In this document: one piece after another, positions 28,954-43,164 of the stretch | Layout of the letters: each line of letters begins with the position of its first letter | Position numbering within the stretch: the stretch's first letter is position 1 | Sequence record: MK373784.1 | Direction: 5' to 3' (one strand) | Length of the DNA stretch: 64,000 nucleotides | Origin: Escherichia phage vB_EcoM_MM02 | Position numbers and translations under genes: made by a program | Notes under the pieces: model-generated | What the model was told of the DNA's origin: nothing | Seen by the model: only the letters and a program-made list of their open reading frames with translations | Database searches by the model: none

Positions 28954-29612
28954 TGACTGTACTTAATACAAAGGCGGGAGTTATTTCCCGTCATGCTGAT
29001 TTTTTGAATTACAGAAAAAATCCAGATCAAATTGATGTTTTAAACAACCAAGCTGTAGGTTCCGTGACTATTTCTCAGTTAGCTCGCGGTTTTTATGATG
29101 CTAACGTAGAATCTGCAATAAATGATGTCCATAATATGGCACGAGCTGATATTGGTACTGTTGTCACAAACACTTCAGGCGTATCGCCTGAAGGTACAGC
29201 ACAAGTTGATTATTGGACTTTTTCTGGTGATGTTCTCGACGATACTTTGGCCCCTGGAACGCCGGTCGTTATTAACGTATTTGGACTTGCTGTTAAAGCA
29301 ACAATCGGTATGACTGATAACGAATTAACGGCACAAGTTCGTATAGCTTTACAAGAAGCCATTGCTAATCAAATCGCTATTTCTTCTTATAAAGACCATC
29401 CGTCCGAAGGTAATAAACTTCAGGTGACATATTTAGATAACCAACGTCATGTGTTGCCAACATATGCTTCGTTTGGTGTAACAATTTCGCAAGAAATTTT
29501 GTCTGAAGCAAAATCCGGATACGGAACATGGAATTTATTGGGTGCCCAAACGGTTACTCTTGATAACCATGATACTCCTACCGTTTTCTACCACTTTGTG
29601 AGAGCCTCATGA
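28953..29612 (+). CDS. 11: baseplate wedge / short tail fibre attachment gp11
   Basis: Start set at [12 protein letters not shown] (TAATG overlap with gene 10 stop); 219 aa as in T4. Confidence 0.9.
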   Translation: MTVLNTKAGVISRHADFLNYRKNPDQIDVLNNQAVGSVTISQLARGFYDANVESAINDVHNMARADIGTVVTNTSGVSPEGTAQVDYWTFSGDVLDDTLAPGTPVVINVFGLAVKATIGMTDNELTAQVRIALQEAIANQIAISSYKDHPSEGNKLQVTYLDNQRHVLPTYASFGVTISQEILSEAKSGYGTWNLLGAQTVTLDNHDTPTVFYHFVRAS

Positions 29613-31192
29613 GTAATAACAATACATACCAACACGTTTCAAATGAATCTATTTACGTTGAATTCGACCCTACGGGGTCGAATTTTCCAGACACGGTCAC
29701 TAATGTCCAAGCCGCATTAGCTGCTATTTCTCCTTCAGGTGTTAATGGCGTACCGGAAGCAACAACTACTACACCTGGAATTATTCAAATAGCTACTCCA
29801 CAAGAAGTTATTGATGGATTAGATAATAGTAAAGCTGTTACTCCGGCAACACTGAATGCTCGACTACAATATCCTAATGCAACCGAAACTCAATATGGCT
29901 TAACTCGTTATGCTACTGAAGATGAAGCAGTAACAGGAACTATTGACGATGCATCAATTACTCCGCTTAAATTGAATCAAAAAATAGACAATGTATTTCA
30001 GACAAAAGTGTCAACAGAAGCAACAAATGGTGTAATTAAAATTTCAACTTCTGCTGCGGCATTAGCCGGTTCTGACGATACGACGGCAATGACTCCGTTA
30101 AAAACGCAACAATTAGCAATTAAACTTATTTCGCAAATTGCTCCAAATAATGGTGACGCAACCGAATCTATTACTGGTGTTGTTCGTTTGGCTACAGTTG
30201 CTCAAGCGCAACAAGGCACCCTTCGTGAAGGCTATGCAATTTCACCTTATACCTTTATGAATTCAGTAGCATCAGAAACTAATAAAGGTGTCGTTAAACT
30301 AGGGACACAGACCGAAGTAAATAGTAACAACTCTTCAGTTGTAGTGACCGGCGCAACATTAAACGGGCGTGGGGCTACAACTTCTTTACGTGGAGTTGTT
30401 CGTTTAACTACACAAGCGGGTAGCCAATCAGGTGGTGATGGTTCTTCTGCCCTTGCTTGGAATGCTGATGTTATCCACCAACGAGGCGGACAAACTATTA
30501 ATGGCACGCTTCGCATTAATAATACGTTGACGGTTGGTTCTGGTGGCGCTAATATAACGGGTAATGTCAATATGACCGGTGGTTATATTCAAGGCAATCG
30601 TATTGTGACTCAAAATGAATTGGACCGAATTCTTCCAGTTGGCGCTATTACAATGTGGGCTGCAGATAGTTTACCGAGTTCTGACTGGCGCTTCTGTCAT
30701 GGTGGGACCGTTTCTGCTTCAGAATGTCCTGTATATGCTTCCAGAATTGGGACACGATATGGTGGTAGTTCTTCTAACCCAGGCTTGCCTGATATGCGTG
30801 GATTATTTGTTCGCGGCTCAGGTCGTGGTAACCATTTAACTAACCCTAATGTTAATGGTAATGACCAATTCGGTAAGCCTCGTCTGGCGGTAGGTTGTAC
30901 CGGTGGATATGTCGGTGAAGTGCAAAAACAACAGATGTCGTATCATAAGCATGCTGGTGGTTTTGGCGAACATGACGATTCCGGTGCATTTGGTAATACT
31001 CGTCGTTCAAACTTTGTTGGTACTCGTAAAGGACTTGACTGGGATAACCGTTCATATTTTACTAACGAAGGATATGAAATTGATCCAGCGTCTCAGCGTA
31101 ACTCTAAATATACCATGAATCGCCCAGAATTAATTGGAAATGAAACTCGTCCATGGAATATTTCTTTAAACTATATCATTAAGGTAAAATAA
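29609..31192 (+). CDS. 12: short tail fibre protein gp12
   Basis: 527 aa, same as T4 gp12; synteny. Confidence 0.9.
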   Translation: MSNNNTYQHVSNESIYVEFDPTGSNFPDTVTNVQAALAAISPSGVNGVPEATTTTPGIIQIATPQEVIDGLDNSKAVTPATLNARLQYPNATETQYGLTRYATEDEAVTGTIDDASITPLKLNQKIDNVFQTKVSTEATNGVIKISTSAAALAGSDDTTAMTPLKTQQLAIKLISQIAPNNGDATESITGVVRLATVAQAQQGTLREGYAISPYTFMNSVASETNKGVVKLGTQTEVNSNNSSVVVTGATLNGRGATTSLRGVVRLTTQAGSQSGGDGSSALAWNADVIHQRGGQTINGTLRINNTLTVGSGGANITGNVNMTGGYIQGNRIVTQNELDRILPVGAITMWAADSLPSSDWRFCHGGTVSASECPVYASRIGTRYGGSSSNPGLPDMRGLFVRGSGRGNHLTNPNVNGNDQFGKPRLAVGCTGGYVGEVQKQQMSYHKHAGGFGEHDDSGAFGNTRRSNFVGTRKGLDWDNRSYFTNEGYEIDPASQRNSKYTMNRPELIGNETRPWNISLNYIIKVK

Positions 31193-32640
31193 TGGCTGAT
31201 ATAACTCTGGTAGATTTACCATATGTTGACGGCCCGCCAGACGCGGGTCAGAGTCGTATTGAATGGATTAAAAACGATGAAGAAATAACAGGTGCTGACA
31301 CAAAATACGGTTCTGAAGGTGTAATGAACCGTCCTATTGTTGAAGTTCAACGTAACGTAGAAGCGTTAGATGTTAATATTAAAACTATAGCATCTTCTTT
31401 GAATACGGCCAATGAAGATATCAAAGTTATTCAAGGTATTTTAGATGTTTCTGGGGATGTTGATGCTCTTGCACAGATAGGCCAGAACACCCAAGATATT
31501 GATGTCATTAAAGTCACAGTTCAAACCCATGCTAGTGAATTGAATGATTTGAATGAACATATTGATGCGAATACTGATGATATTGGTGTTTATAATCAGG
31601 AAACAGATTCAGTTTATAGAACGGTTCGTAACGACCTGCTTTGGATTAAAAATGAATTAGGACAATATACTGGTCAAGATATTAATGGGGTTCCTACTCC
31701 AGGAAATGATAGCACTGGTATGAAACGCCGTATTATGACTAATAGCTCCGTAATTGTTGACCACGGTGTTCGATTAACTGATCTAGAAACTAAATTTGCT
31801 GATTCTGACGTCGGCTCTTTAACTATTGAAGTTGAACACTTGCGCGAAGAAATGGGACCTCGCACTTCTTTCACTACTCCGGTGTTTAGTCGTCTTTCCA
31901 GTATTGATTTAACTTTGTCGCGTCAAAATGCTGACTTGGACGGCATTAAACAGTCTATTGGGTATCCTAATACGACTTCTATTATTACTACCACTAATGC
32001 AAATAGTTCAGCAATAAATGACATTAATCTTGAGCTCAATCAATCCGGTGGTATTAAACCTCGTTTGACTACAGTAGAAACTGCCATTGGCGCTGATGAT
32101 TTGCCTACTACAATCCAAGGACGTATTAAACTCAATACTGATGCTATCGGAGCATTGAACACTGTTGTCGGCTCTGATTCTTCGTCAGGACTGCGTTTTA
32201 ATGTGTCATGGTTAAATAACGTAGTAGGTGTTGACGCTTCAGGTGGGAAACCGGAACCAGACGGCTCTTTGCTTTATCGTACTCGAGAGCTTGAAGGAAC
32301 TATCAGTGGGATGAGTAATGACATCCAGAACATTCAAACTGATGTTGGGACTAATTCCACAGGAATTAAGGGTTCTGTAAACACATTAAATACTCTTATA
32401 AACGGCACCAACCCAAATGGTTCGACTGTTGAAGAACGCGGTATATTGCCTACAGTTAAAAGTCATGATACGACAATTAATGGTTTAACTTCTAGAATTG
32501 CTACTCTTGAAACTGATTTGGCCGCTGCAGAAGCTGAAATCCAAACTCTTAAGGACGCTGGATATATTGAAGATGCTCCTTCAGACGGTAAATTCTATGT
32601 TCGCAAAGATGGTGCATGGGTTGAACTTCCTACAGCTTAA
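31192..32640 (+). CDS. wac: fibritin (whisker / neck protein)
   Basis: 482 aa coiled-coil protein; C-terminal foldon-like GYIEDAPSDGKFYVRKDGAWVELP. Confidence 0.9.
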   Translation: MADITLVDLPYVDGPPDAGQSRIEWIKNDEEITGADTKYGSEGVMNRPIVEVQRNVEALDVNIKTIASSLNTANEDIKVIQGILDVSGDVDALAQIGQNTQDIDVIKVTVQTHASELNDLNEHIDANTDDIGVYNQETDSVYRTVRNDLLWIKNELGQYTGQDINGVPTPGNDSTGMKRRIMTNSSVIVDHGVRLTDLETKFADSDVGSLTIEVEHLREEMGPRTSFTTPVFSRLSSIDLTLSRQNADLDGIKQSIGYPNTTSIITTTNANSSAINDINLELNQSGGIKPRLTTVETAIGADDLPTTIQGRIKLNTDAIGALNTVVGSDSSSGLRFNVSWLNNVVGVDASGGKPEPDGSLLYRTRELEGTISGMSNDIQNIQTDVGTNSTGIKGSVNTLNTLINGTNPNGSTVEERGILPTVKSHDTTINGLTSRIATLETDLAAAEAEIQTLKDAGYIEDAPSDGKFYVRKDGAWVELPTA

Positions 32641-32672
32641 TGAAAAGGGCCTTCGGGCCCTAAAGGATTTAT

Positions 32673-33599
32673 ATGTCAGGTTATAATGCACAAAACCCTA
32701 AAGAATTAAAGGATGTAATATTACGTCGTTTAGGCGCTCCTATTGTAAATGTTGAATTAACTACAGACCAAATTTATGATTGTATTTCACGAGCGTTAGA
32801 ACTTTATGGCGAATACCATTTTGACGGGTTGAATAAAGGTTTCCATGTATTTTTTGTTGACGACGAAGAAAAATACCGTCACGGCATATTTGATATGCGT
32901 GGTTCTAATGTATTTGCTGTAACAAGAATTATAAGAACAAACGTTGGCTCTATTACTTCAATGGATGGTAATGCAACTTATCCATGGTTCACTGATTTCC
33001 TTTTAGGAATGGCAGGTGTTTCAGGTGGTATGGGTAGTAATTGTGGTAAATTCTACGGTCCGAACGCTTTTGGCGCTGACCTCGGGTATTATTCTCAATT
33101 AGTATCTTATATGGGTATGCTTCAAGATATGATTGCTCCTCTTCCAGATTTTTGGTTTAACTCTGCAAACGAGCAATTAAAAGTAATGGGTAACTTTAGA
33201 CAGAAAGATGTCATTATCGTTGAATCGTATGTTCGCTCTTATATCGAGACCCATAAGATGGTAGGAAATACAGTAGGGTACGGTCAGGTTGGTCCTCGTG
33301 ATTCATGGTCTATTTCTGAACGTTATGATAATCCAGACCATAATTTGGTAGGACGTCGAGTTGGTGAAGACCCTGCAACTAAACAAGGCGCATATAACAA
33401 CCGCTGGGTTAAAGATTATGCAACTGCATTAGCTAAAGAGCTTAATGGACAAATTCTTGCTAAACATCAAGGTATGATGTTACCTGGTGGCGTCACTGTT
33501 GATGGTGTTCGATTAATTGAAGAAGCTCGTTTAGAGAAAGAAGCTTTACGAGAAGAGTTATATTTACTGGACCCTCCTGCAGGTATTTTGGTAGGTTAA
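32673..33599 (+). CDS. 13: neck protein gp13
   Basis: 308 aa (T4 gp13 is 309); synteny. Confidence 0.85.
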   Translation: MSGYNAQNPKELKDVILRRLGAPIVNVELTTDQIYDCISRALELYGEYHFDGLNKGFHVFFVDDEEKYRHGIFDMRGSNVFAVTRIIRTNVGSITSMDGNATYPWFTDFLLGMAGVSGGMGSNCGKFYGPNAFGADLGYYSQLVSYMGMLQDMIAPLPDFWFNSANEQLKVMGNFRQKDVIIVESYVRSYIETHKMVGNTVGYGQVGPRDSWSISERYDNPDHNLVGRRVGEDPATKQGAYNNRWVKDYATALAKELNGQILAKHQGMMLPGGVTVDGVRLIEEARLEKEALREELYLLDPPAGILVG

Positions 33600-33600
33600 T

Positions 33601-34365
33601 ATGGCAACTTATGATAAAAATCTTTTCGCCAAGCTAGAAAATCGTGGTGGGTATTCTCAGACAAATGAGACCGAAATCCTCAATCCATTTGTCAATTTTA
33701 ATAATTATGAGAATAGTCAGACATTAGCCGATGTTCTAGTGGCAGAAAGCATACAGATGCGCGGTATTGAATGTTTTTATGTTCCACGTGAATATGTTGC
33801 CGTGGACCTTATCTTTGGTGAGGACCTTAAAAATAAATTTACTAAAGCATGGAAATTTGCTGCATATCTGAACTCTTTTGAAGGTTATGAAGGAGCGAAA
33901 TCGTTCTTCAGCAACTTCGGAATGCAAGTTCAAGACGAAGTTACATTATCTATTAACCCAGGTCTTTTCAAACACCAGGTCAACAATCAGGAGCCTAAGG
34001 AAGGTGATTTAATATACTTCCCAATGGACAACAGTTTGTTTGAGATTAACTGGGTTGAACCATATGACCCATTCTATCAAGTAGGTAAAAATGCGATTCG
34101 TAAAATTACTGCAGGCAAGTTTATTTACTCTGGCGAAGAAATCAATCCGGTGCTTCAGAAAAATGAAGGTATCAATATACCTGAATTTAGTGACTTGGAA
34201 CTTAACCCTGTTAGAAATCTTGACGGTATCCATGACATTAATATCGATGAATATTCTGAAGTTGAGCAAATCAATTCAGAGGCAAGTGAATACGTTGAAC
34301 CGTATGTAGTAGTTAACAACCGTGGTAGACAAAATTCACCATTTGACGATGGGTTTATGAATTAA
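33601..34365 (+). CDS. 14: neck protein gp14
   Basis: 254 aa (T4 gp14 is 256); synteny. Confidence 0.85.
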   Translation: MATYDKNLFAKLENRGGYSQTNETEILNPFVNFNNYENSQTLADVLVAESIQMRGIECFYVPREYVAVDLIFGEDLKNKFTKAWKFAAYLNSFEGYEGAKSFFSNFGMQVQDEVTLSINPGLFKHQVNNQEPKEGDLIYFPMDNSLFEINWVEPYDPFYQVGKNAIRKITAGKFIYSGEEINPVLQKNEGINIPEFSDLELNPVRNLDGIHDINIDEYSEVEQINSEASEYVEPYVVVNNRGRQNSPFDDGFMN

Positions 34366-34417
34366 TAAATAGATAAGATAAAGCAAACACCGGTCGAAAG
34401 GCCGGTTAGGAGAAATG

Positions 34418-35239
34418 ATGTTTGGTTATTTTTACAACTCGTCGTTCAGGCGATATATCACAATGATGGGCGATTTGTTTTCAAATATCCAAGTTAACCG
34501 TCAATTGTCTACAGGCAATAAATTAATTAGAGTTCCTATTACGTATGCATCTAAAGAGCACTTTATGATGAAACTTAATAAATGGACCTCTATAAACTCA
34601 CAAGAAGATGTGGCTAAAGTCGAAACTATTCTACCACGTATAAATCTCCAAATGGTAGATTTCGTTTATAACCCAACGTTTAAAACGAATATATTGAATA
34701 ACTCTCTTTTGAGTAAATCGACTAAGGATATTGTAGACCAATACAACCCATCACCAATTAAAATGATTTTTGAACTGAGCATCTTTACTCGTTATGAAGA
34801 TGATATGTTCCAAATCGTTGAGCAAATTATTCCATATTTTCAGCCGCATTTTAATACGACTATGATTGAGCAATATGGGCAGGATATTCCATTTGAAAGG
34901 GATATTAAAGTCGTATGGATGGCAGCAGCAATGGATGAACAAATAGACGGTGATAATTTATCTCGTCGACGTTTAGAGTGGTCATTAACATTTGAAGTAA
35001 ATGGATGGATGTATCCTCCGGTAGGCGCAGCTGAAGGCCTTATTAAAACGACTTATCTTGATTTTCATGCTAATGAACGAGACCTTCAAACAGCCGCCAG
35101 TGTTTTTGAATCAGTTGATACAGAAATTAAACCGAGAGACGTTGAAGCACAAGATTGGAATGGCGAAGTTGAACAAACTTATACTCATGATATTCCAATC
35201 CCGACTCCACCAACCCCTCCTGGTCCTAGAAAACAATAA
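34418..35239 (+). CDS. 15: tail sheath stabiliser / tail completion gp15
   Basis: MFGYFYNSSFRRY... matches T4 gp15 N-terminus; about 273 aa. Confidence 0.9.
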   Translation: MFGYFYNSSFRRYITMMGDLFSNIQVNRQLSTGNKLIRVPITYASKEHFMMKLNKWTSINSQEDVAKVETILPRINLQMVDFVYNPTFKTNILNNSLLSKSTKDIVDQYNPSPIKMIFELSIFTRYEDDMFQIVEQIIPYFQPHFNTTMIEQYGQDIPFERDIKVVWMAAAMDEQIDGDNLSRRRLEWSLTFEVNGWMYPPVGAAEGLIKTTYLDFHANERDLQTAASVFESVDTEIKPRDVEAQDWNGEVEQTYTHDIPIPTPPTPPGPRKQ

Positions 35240-35248
35240 GAGGTAAAT

Positions 35249-37565
<2,317 letters not shown>

Positions 37566-37592
37566 AAATAAAGCAAATTAAGAGGAATTAAA

Positions 37593-39575
37593 ATGTCACT
37601 TCTCTCTCCGGGCGTTGAGCTCAAAGAAACTACCGTACAGAGTACTGTAGTTAATAACTCCACTGGTACTGCTGCCCTGGCCGGAAAATTCCAATGGGGA
37701 CCTGCATTCCAGATTAAACAAATCACTGATGAAGTTGCATTAGTTGATATGTTTGGTACTCCTAATACGGATACAGCAGATTATTTCATGTCTGCTATGA
37801 ACTTCCTTCAATATGGTAATGACCTTCGTGTTGTACGCGCAGTTGACCGTGATACTGCTAAGAACTCATCTCCTGTAGCAGGCAATATTGAATTCACAAT
37901 CTCTGCTGCTGGTAGTAACTATGCAGTTGGTGATAAAATTATCGTTAAGTATTTGACCGAAACTGTTGAAGCAGATGGTTATGTCACTTCGGTTGATGTC
38001 GATGGTAAAATTCTTAACATTTATATCCCAACCGGTAAAATTATTGCTCGTGCAAAAGAAATTAATGAATATCCGGCATTGGGTTCTAACTGGACCGCCG
38101 AAGTTGCCAGTTCTTCTTCTGGACTTTCTGGCGTTATTACAATTGGTTCTATCGTAACCGATTCGGGTATTCTGTTAACTGAAGTTGAAACTTCTGAAGA
38201 AGCTATTACTTCTCTAACTTTCCAAGAATCTATTAAAAAATATGGTGTCCCAGGCGTAGTTGCTCTTTATCCTGGTGAACTTGGCGACCAGCTCGAAATT
38301 GAAATCGTATCTAAAGCAGACTACGACAAAGGTGCTTCAGCCCAGTTAAAAATTTATCCTGATGGTGGTACTCGTGCATCTACTGCTAAAGCAATCTTTG
38401 GGTACGGCCCACAAACTGATGACCAATATGCAATTATCGTTCGTCGTAACGATGCTGTAGTCCAGAGTGTGGTTCTTTCTACTAAACGTGGTGAACGCGA
38501 TATTTATGGTAGTAATATCTTTATTGATGATTTCTTTGCTAAAGGCGCAAGCAATTATATTTTCGCTACTGCACAAGGTTGGCCAAAAGGTTTCTCTGGC
38601 GTAATCAAACTGGGTGGCGGCTTATCATCTAATGAAACGGTTGACGCTGGTGATTTAATGGAAGCTTGGGATTTGTTTGCTGACCGCGAATCTGTTAATG
38701 CGCAGTTGTTTATTGCCGGTTCTTGTGCAGGTGAATCTTTAGAAGTTGCTTCTACAGTTCAGAAACATGTTGTAGCAATTGGTGATTCTCGCCAAGATTG
38801 CTTGGTTCTTTGCTCACCGCCACGTGCAACTATAGTCGGTATTCCTGTTAATCGTGCAGTTGATAATCTGGTTGATTGGCGTACTGCGTCAGGAACTTAC
38901 ACTGATAATAACTTTAATGTAAGTTCTACTTATGCCGCTATTGACGGTAACTATAAATATCAATATGATAAATATAATGATGTGAATCGTTGGGTTCCGT
39001 TAGCTGCCGATATCGCCGGTCTTTGTGCTCGCACAGACAATATTTCTCAGCCTTGGATGTCTCCTGCTGGTTATAATCGTGGACAAATTCTTAACGTTAT
39101 TAAGCTTGCAATTGAAACTCGTCAACCACAGCGTGATCGTTTGTATCAGGAAGCTATTAACCCTGTTACTGGTACCGGTGGTGATGGGTATGTTCTGTAC
39201 GGTGATAAAACTGCCACTTCTGTTCCTTCACCATTTGACCGTATTAACGTTCGTCGTTTGTTCAATATGGTTAAAACGAACATTGGTTCAGCATCCAAAT
39301 ATCGCCTGTTTGAATTGAACAACGCATTTACCCGTTCTTCTTTCCGTACAGAGACTTCTCAATATCTACAGGGTATTAAAGCTCTCGGTGGTGTATATAA
39401 CTTTAAAGTTGTTTGTGATACTACCAATAACACCCCAGCAGTTATCGACCGTAATGAATTTGTAGCTACTTTCTACTTACAACCTGCCCGCTCGATAAAT
39501 TATATTACGTTGAACTTTGTAGCAACAGCAACTGGTGCCGATTTCGACGAACTGATTGGTGCTGTAGGTGGTTAA
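37593..39575 (+). CDS. 18: tail sheath protein
   Basis: 660 aa (T4 gp18 is 659); MSLLSPGVELKETTVQST... Confidence 0.95.
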   Translation: MSLLSPGVELKETTVQSTVVNNSTGTAALAGKFQWGPAFQIKQITDEVALVDMFGTPNTDTADYFMSAMNFLQYGNDLRVVRAVDRDTAKNSSPVAGNIEFTISAAGSNYAVGDKIIVKYLTETVEADGYVTSVDVDGKILNIYIPTGKIIARAKEINEYPALGSNWTAEVASSSSGLSGVITIGSIVTDSGILLTEVETSEEAITSLTFQESIKKYGVPGVVALYPGELGDQLEIEIVSKADYDKGASAQLKIYPDGGTRASTAKAIFGYGPQTDDQYAIIVRRNDAVVQSVVLSTKRGERDIYGSNIFIDDFFAKGASNYIFATAQGWPKGFSGVIKLGGGLSSNETVDAGDLMEAWDLFADRESVNAQLFIAGSCAGESLEVASTVQKHVVAIGDSRQDCLVLCSPPRATIVGIPVNRAVDNLVDWRTASGTYTDNNFNVSSTYAAIDGNYKYQYDKYNDVNRWVPLAADIAGLCARTDNISQPWMSPAGYNRGQILNVIKLAIETRQPQRDRLYQEAINPVTGTGGDGYVLYGDKTATSVPSPFDRINVRRLFNMVKTNIGSASKYRLFELNNAFTRSSFRTETSQYLQGIKALGGVYNFKVVCDTTNNTPAVIDRNEFVATFYLQPARSINYITLNFVATATGADFDELIGAVGG

Positions 39576-39607
39576 TAAGACGCCTGATGGGCTATTTCGG
39601 TAGCCCA

Positions 39608-39615
39608 TATAAATA
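39608..39615 (+). promoter_or_regulatory. late promoter TATAAATA
   Basis: Exact TATAAATA immediately after UUCG hairpin GGGCTAT-TTCG-GTAGCCC (39589-39606); upstream of gene 19. Confidence 0.6.
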
Positions 39616-39687
39616 TACTATATCGTTTAAAAATTAATTCTATGGGCATCCGGTTAATCCTAAGCCCATATTACTACAGAGGCTAAT

Positions 39688-40179
39688 ATGTTTGTAGATG
39701 ACGTAACTCGTGCCTTCGAATCAGGTGATTTCGCTCGCCCTAACCTGTTCGAAGTAGAAATCTCTTATCTTGGGCAAAACTTTAGCTTCCAGTGTCGTGC
39801 TACGGCTCTTCCTGCTGCGATCGTTGAAAAGGTTCCTGTTTCTTATATGAACCGTAAAATTAACGTGGCCGGTGATCGTACATTCGATGATTGGACTATT
39901 ACAGTAATGAACGATGATGCTCATAGCATTCGTCAGAAATTTGTTGATTGGCAAGGTATTGCAGCAGGACAAGGTAATGAAATTACCGGTGGTAAACCTG
40001 CTGAATATAAAAAGTCTGCTATCGTTCGTCAATTTGCCCGTGATGCTAAAACGGTCACTAAAGAAGTTGAAATTGTCGGCTTGTGGCCTACTAACGTTGG
40101 CGAAGTATCTCTTGACTGGGACAGCAATAACGAGATTGAAACGTTCGAAGTAACTCTTGCTCTTGATTGGTGGGAATAA
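39688..40179 (+). CDS. 19: tail tube protein
   Basis: 163 aa, same as T4 gp19. Confidence 0.95.
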   Translation: MFVDDVTRAFESGDFARPNLFEVEISYLGQNFSFQCRATALPAAIVEKVPVSYMNRKINVAGDRTFDDWTITVMNDDAHSIRQKFVDWQGIAAGQGNEITGGKPAEYKKSAIVRQFARDAKTVTKEVEIVGLWPTNVGEVSLDWDSNNEIETFEVTLALDWWE

Positions 40180-40227
40180 TCTGGTTGGGGAGAAATCCCC
40201 AACCTCCCGTGATGACGGAGAAGTCCA

Positions 40228-40235
40228 TATAAATA
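40228..40235 (+). promoter_or_regulatory. late promoter TATAAATA
   Basis: Exact TATAAATA after GAAA-tetraloop hairpin GGTTGGGGA-GAAA-TCCCCAACC (40183-40204); upstream of gene 20. Confidence 0.6.
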
Positions 40236-40263
40236 TAACTATAATTCCCATTCGGAGAATACA

Positions 40264-41835
40264 ATGAAATTTAATATCTTAAGTTTGTTTGCTCCATGGG
40301 CAAAAATGGACGAACGTGATTACAAAGACCAAGAAAAAGAAAATTTAGAATCTATCACCGCACCAAAATTAGACGACGGCGCTAAAGAATACGAAGTATC
40401 TGAAAATGAAGCACAGCAAACATATAATGCTATGTTTCAGAGAATGTTCGGTAGTCAAGAACCAGGGCTCAAATCAACCCGTGAATTAATCGATACGTAT
40501 CGAAATTTGATGACGAACTATGAAGTGGATAATGCAGTCTCTGAAATAGTTTCCGATGCTATCGTGTATGAAGATGATACAGAAGTCGTTTCTATAAATT
40601 TAGACAACACAAAATTTAGTCCAAATATCAAATCAATGATGTTGGATGAATTTAACGAAGTGTTAAATCATTTATCTTTCCAACGTAAAGGTTCAGACCA
40701 TTTTAGGCGTTGGTATGTAGATTCTCGAATTTTCTTCCATAAAATTATTGACCCTAAACGCCCTAAAGAAGGTATTAAAGAGCTTCGTCGTTTAGATCCA
40801 CGTCAAGTTCAATATGTCCGTGAAGTTATTACAACCACTGAAGCCGGTGTTAAAATAGTCAAGGGTTATAAAGAATATTTCATTTATGACACATCACACG
40901 AATCTTACGCTTGTGATGGTCGCATATATGAAGCTGGCACAAAAATAAAAATCCCTAAAGCCGCGATTGTTTATGCCCATTCTGGTTTAGTTGATTGTTG
41001 TGGTAAAAATATCATTGGTTATTTGCATCGGGCTATTAAGCCGGCGAACCAATTAAAACTTCTTGAAGATGCCGTCGTAATTTATCGTATTACTCGTGCT
41101 CCTGATCGTCGTGTATGGTACGTTGATACAGGTAATATGCCTTCAAGAAAAGCAGCAGAACATATGCAACATGTTATGAATACGATGAAAAACCGTATTG
41201 CATATGATGCTACTACAGGCAAGATTAAAAACCAGCAGCATATTATGTCGATGACCGAAGATTATTGGTTACAACGACGTGATGGTAAAGCAGTAACAGA
41301 AGTTGATACATTACCAGGTGCAGATAATACCGGAAATATGGAAGATGTACGTTGGTTCCGTAATGCGCTTTATATGGCTTTACGTATTCCTATTACCCGT
41401 ATTCCAAGTGACCAAGGTGGTATACAGTTTGATGCTGGTACTTCTATTACACGAGATGAATTATCATTTGGTAAATTTATTCGTGAGCTGCAACATAAAT
41501 TTGAAGAGATATTCCTAGACCCGCTTAAAACTAATTTAATTCTTAAAGGAATTATTACAGAAGATGAGTGGAATGATGAAATAAATAATATTAAGATAAA
41601 ATTTCATCGGGATAGTTATTTCTCGGAATTAAAGGATGCTGAGATTCTGGAGCGTCGCATTAATATGCTTCAGATGGCCGAACCATTTATTGGTAAATAT
41701 ATTTCTCACAGAACAGCTATGAAAGATATTCTTCAGATGTCTGACGAGGAAATTGAACAAGAGGCTAAGCAAATTGAAGAAGAGTCGAAAGAGGCTCGTT
41801 TCCAAGACCCCGACCAAGAACAAGAGGATTTTTAA
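40264..41835 (+). CDS. 20: portal vertex protein
   Basis: 523 aa; [18 protein letters not shown]... matches T4 gp20 as recalled. Confidence 0.95.
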   Translation: MKFNILSLFAPWAKMDERDYKDQEKENLESITAPKLDDGAKEYEVSENEAQQTYNAMFQRMFGSQEPGLKSTRELIDTYRNLMTNYEVDNAVSEIVSDAIVYEDDTEVVSINLDNTKFSPNIKSMMLDEFNEVLNHLSFQRKGSDHFRRWYVDSRIFFHKIIDPKRPKEGIKELRRLDPRQVQYVREVITTTEAGVKIVKGYKEYFIYDTSHESYACDGRIYEAGTKIKIPKAAIVYAHSGLVDCCGKNIIGYLHRAIKPANQLKLLEDAVVIYRITRAPDRRVWYVDTGNMPSRKAAEHMQHVMNTMKNRIAYDATTGKIKNQQHIMSMTEDYWLQRRDGKAVTEVDTLPGADNTGNMEDVRWFRNALYMALRIPITRIPSDQGGIQFDAGTSITRDELSFGKFIRELQHKFEEIFLDPLKTNLILKGIITEDEWNDEINNIKIKFHRDSYFSELKDAEILERRINMLQMAEPFIGKYISHRTAMKDILQMSDEEIEQEAKQIEEESKEARFQDPDQEQEDF

Positions 41836-42065
41836 TGGACGATTTAATTCAAGCTATTAAATCAAACGACCTCGTTGCTACTCGAAAGTTTTTTGAAAGT
41901 GCAATGGCAGAAAAAACGGTTCGTTTGATTGAAGCACGCAAAGCAGAAATCGCTTCTCAATTTTTGATTGAAGGCGAAGAACCTGAAGAAGAAAAGAAAG
42001 CTTCGGAAGACGACGCTGATGAAGGCGATGACGACGAAGACGAAGATGATGAGGACGACGAATAA
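41835..42065 (+). CDS. 67: prohead core protein gp67
   Basis: 76 aa with poly-acidic C-terminus; position 20-67-68-21 as in T4. Confidence 0.8.
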   Translation: MDDLIQAIKSNDLVATRKFFESAMAEKTVRLIEARKAEIASQFLIEGEEPEEEKKASEDDADEGDDDEDEDDEDDE

Positions 42066-42490
42066 TGTATCTTATCCCTGAATCTTATGAATTGGTACTC
42101 GAAAATGTCGAAGCACTTATTCCTGAAGCACAGGGCCGAATCGATGCATTGTCTTCTGCTCTCGATATTGACGATATAAATACTATTATCGAGAACATGC
42201 TTGAAACTGAAACGGATTTAGCTGTTGCAATGGCTTCCATTATTAATGAAGAACAGTTAAATGAGTTTATCGTTAAACATGTTTCTTCTCGTGGTGAAGT
42301 CACCCGCACTAAAGACCGTAAAACTCGTGAACGTAACGCGTTCCAAACAACTGGTCTTTCTAAAGCAAAACGTAGACAAATCGCTCGTAAGGTCGTTAAA
42401 GCTAAAAAAGCTAACCCTTCAGGCCAAGTTAAAGGCTTGCGTAAGCGTAAAAAAGCTCTTAAACGTCGTAAAGCATTAGGATTAAGCTAA
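42065..42490 (+). CDS. 68: prohead core protein gp68
   Basis: 141 aa; basic C-terminus; synteny. Confidence 0.8.
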   Translation: MYLIPESYELVLENVEALIPEAQGRIDALSSALDIDDINTIIENMLETETDLAVAMASIINEEQLNEFIVKHVSSRGEVTRTKDRKTRERNAFQTTGLSKAKRRQIARKVVKAKKANPSGQVKGLRKRKKALKRRKALGLS

Positions 42491-43131
42491 TGAATAAACC
42501 CGAGTTACTTATTGAAACTTGGGGTCAACCCGGTGAGATTATTGATGGCGTTCCAATGTTGGAATCTCATGATGGAAAAGATTCTGGCTTAAAACCAGGG
42601 CTTTATATAGAAGGTATTTTTCTTCAGGCAGAGGTTGTTAACCGAAATAAACGTTTATATCCTAAACGCGTTTTGGAAAAAGCAGTAAGTGACTATATTA
42701 AAGAACAAGTCGCAACCAAACAAGCCCTTGGAGAATTAAACCATCCACCTCGTGCAAATGTTGACCCTATGCAAGCCGCTATCATTATTGAAGATATGTG
42801 GTGGAAAGGAAACGATGTATATGGACGTGCTAGAATTATTGAAGGCGACCATGGTCCCGGTGATAAATTAGCTGCTAATATACGAGCTGGTTGGATTCCA
42901 GGTGTTTCCTCTCGTGGTCTTGGTTCTTTAACCGACACCAATAAAGGGTACCGTATCGTGAACGAAGGATTTAAATTAACCGTCGGTGTAGATGCCGTAT
43001 GGGGACCTTCTGCTCCAGATGCTTGGGTTACTCCTAAACAAATATCAGAATCAGAAAATTCGGTGGAAATCACCAAAAACAGTGCTGATGAAGCATTTAA
43101 AGCTCTCGCAGAGAGTTTAAAAGCATTATAA
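42490..43131 (+). CDS. 21: prohead core protease
   Basis: 213 aa (T4 gp21 is 212); synteny. Confidence 0.9.
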   Translation: MNKPELLIETWGQPGEIIDGVPMLESHDGKDSGLKPGLYIEGIFLQAEVVNRNKRLYPKRVLEKAVSDYIKEQVATKQALGELNHPPRANVDPMQAAIIIEDMWWKGNDVYGRARIIEGDHGPGDKLAANIRAGWIPGVSSRGLGSLTDTNKGYRIVNEGFKLTVGVDAVWGPSAPDAWVTPKQISESENSVEITKNSADEAFKALAESLKAL

Positions 43132-43134
43132 ATA
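43127..43134 (+). promoter_or_regulatory. late promoter TATAAATA
   Basis: Exact TATAAATA 31 nt upstream of gene 22 start. Confidence 0.55.
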
Positions 43135-43164
43135 ATAATGTAATCTAAACCACAGGACACTAAA

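Noticed and set aside
32647-32660. Terminator after wac (GGGCC-TTCG-GGCCC)
   Set aside because: The hairpin is clear but is followed by TAAAGGATTT rather than a U-run, and gene 13 starts 13 nt later; uncertain, so not listed as a feature.
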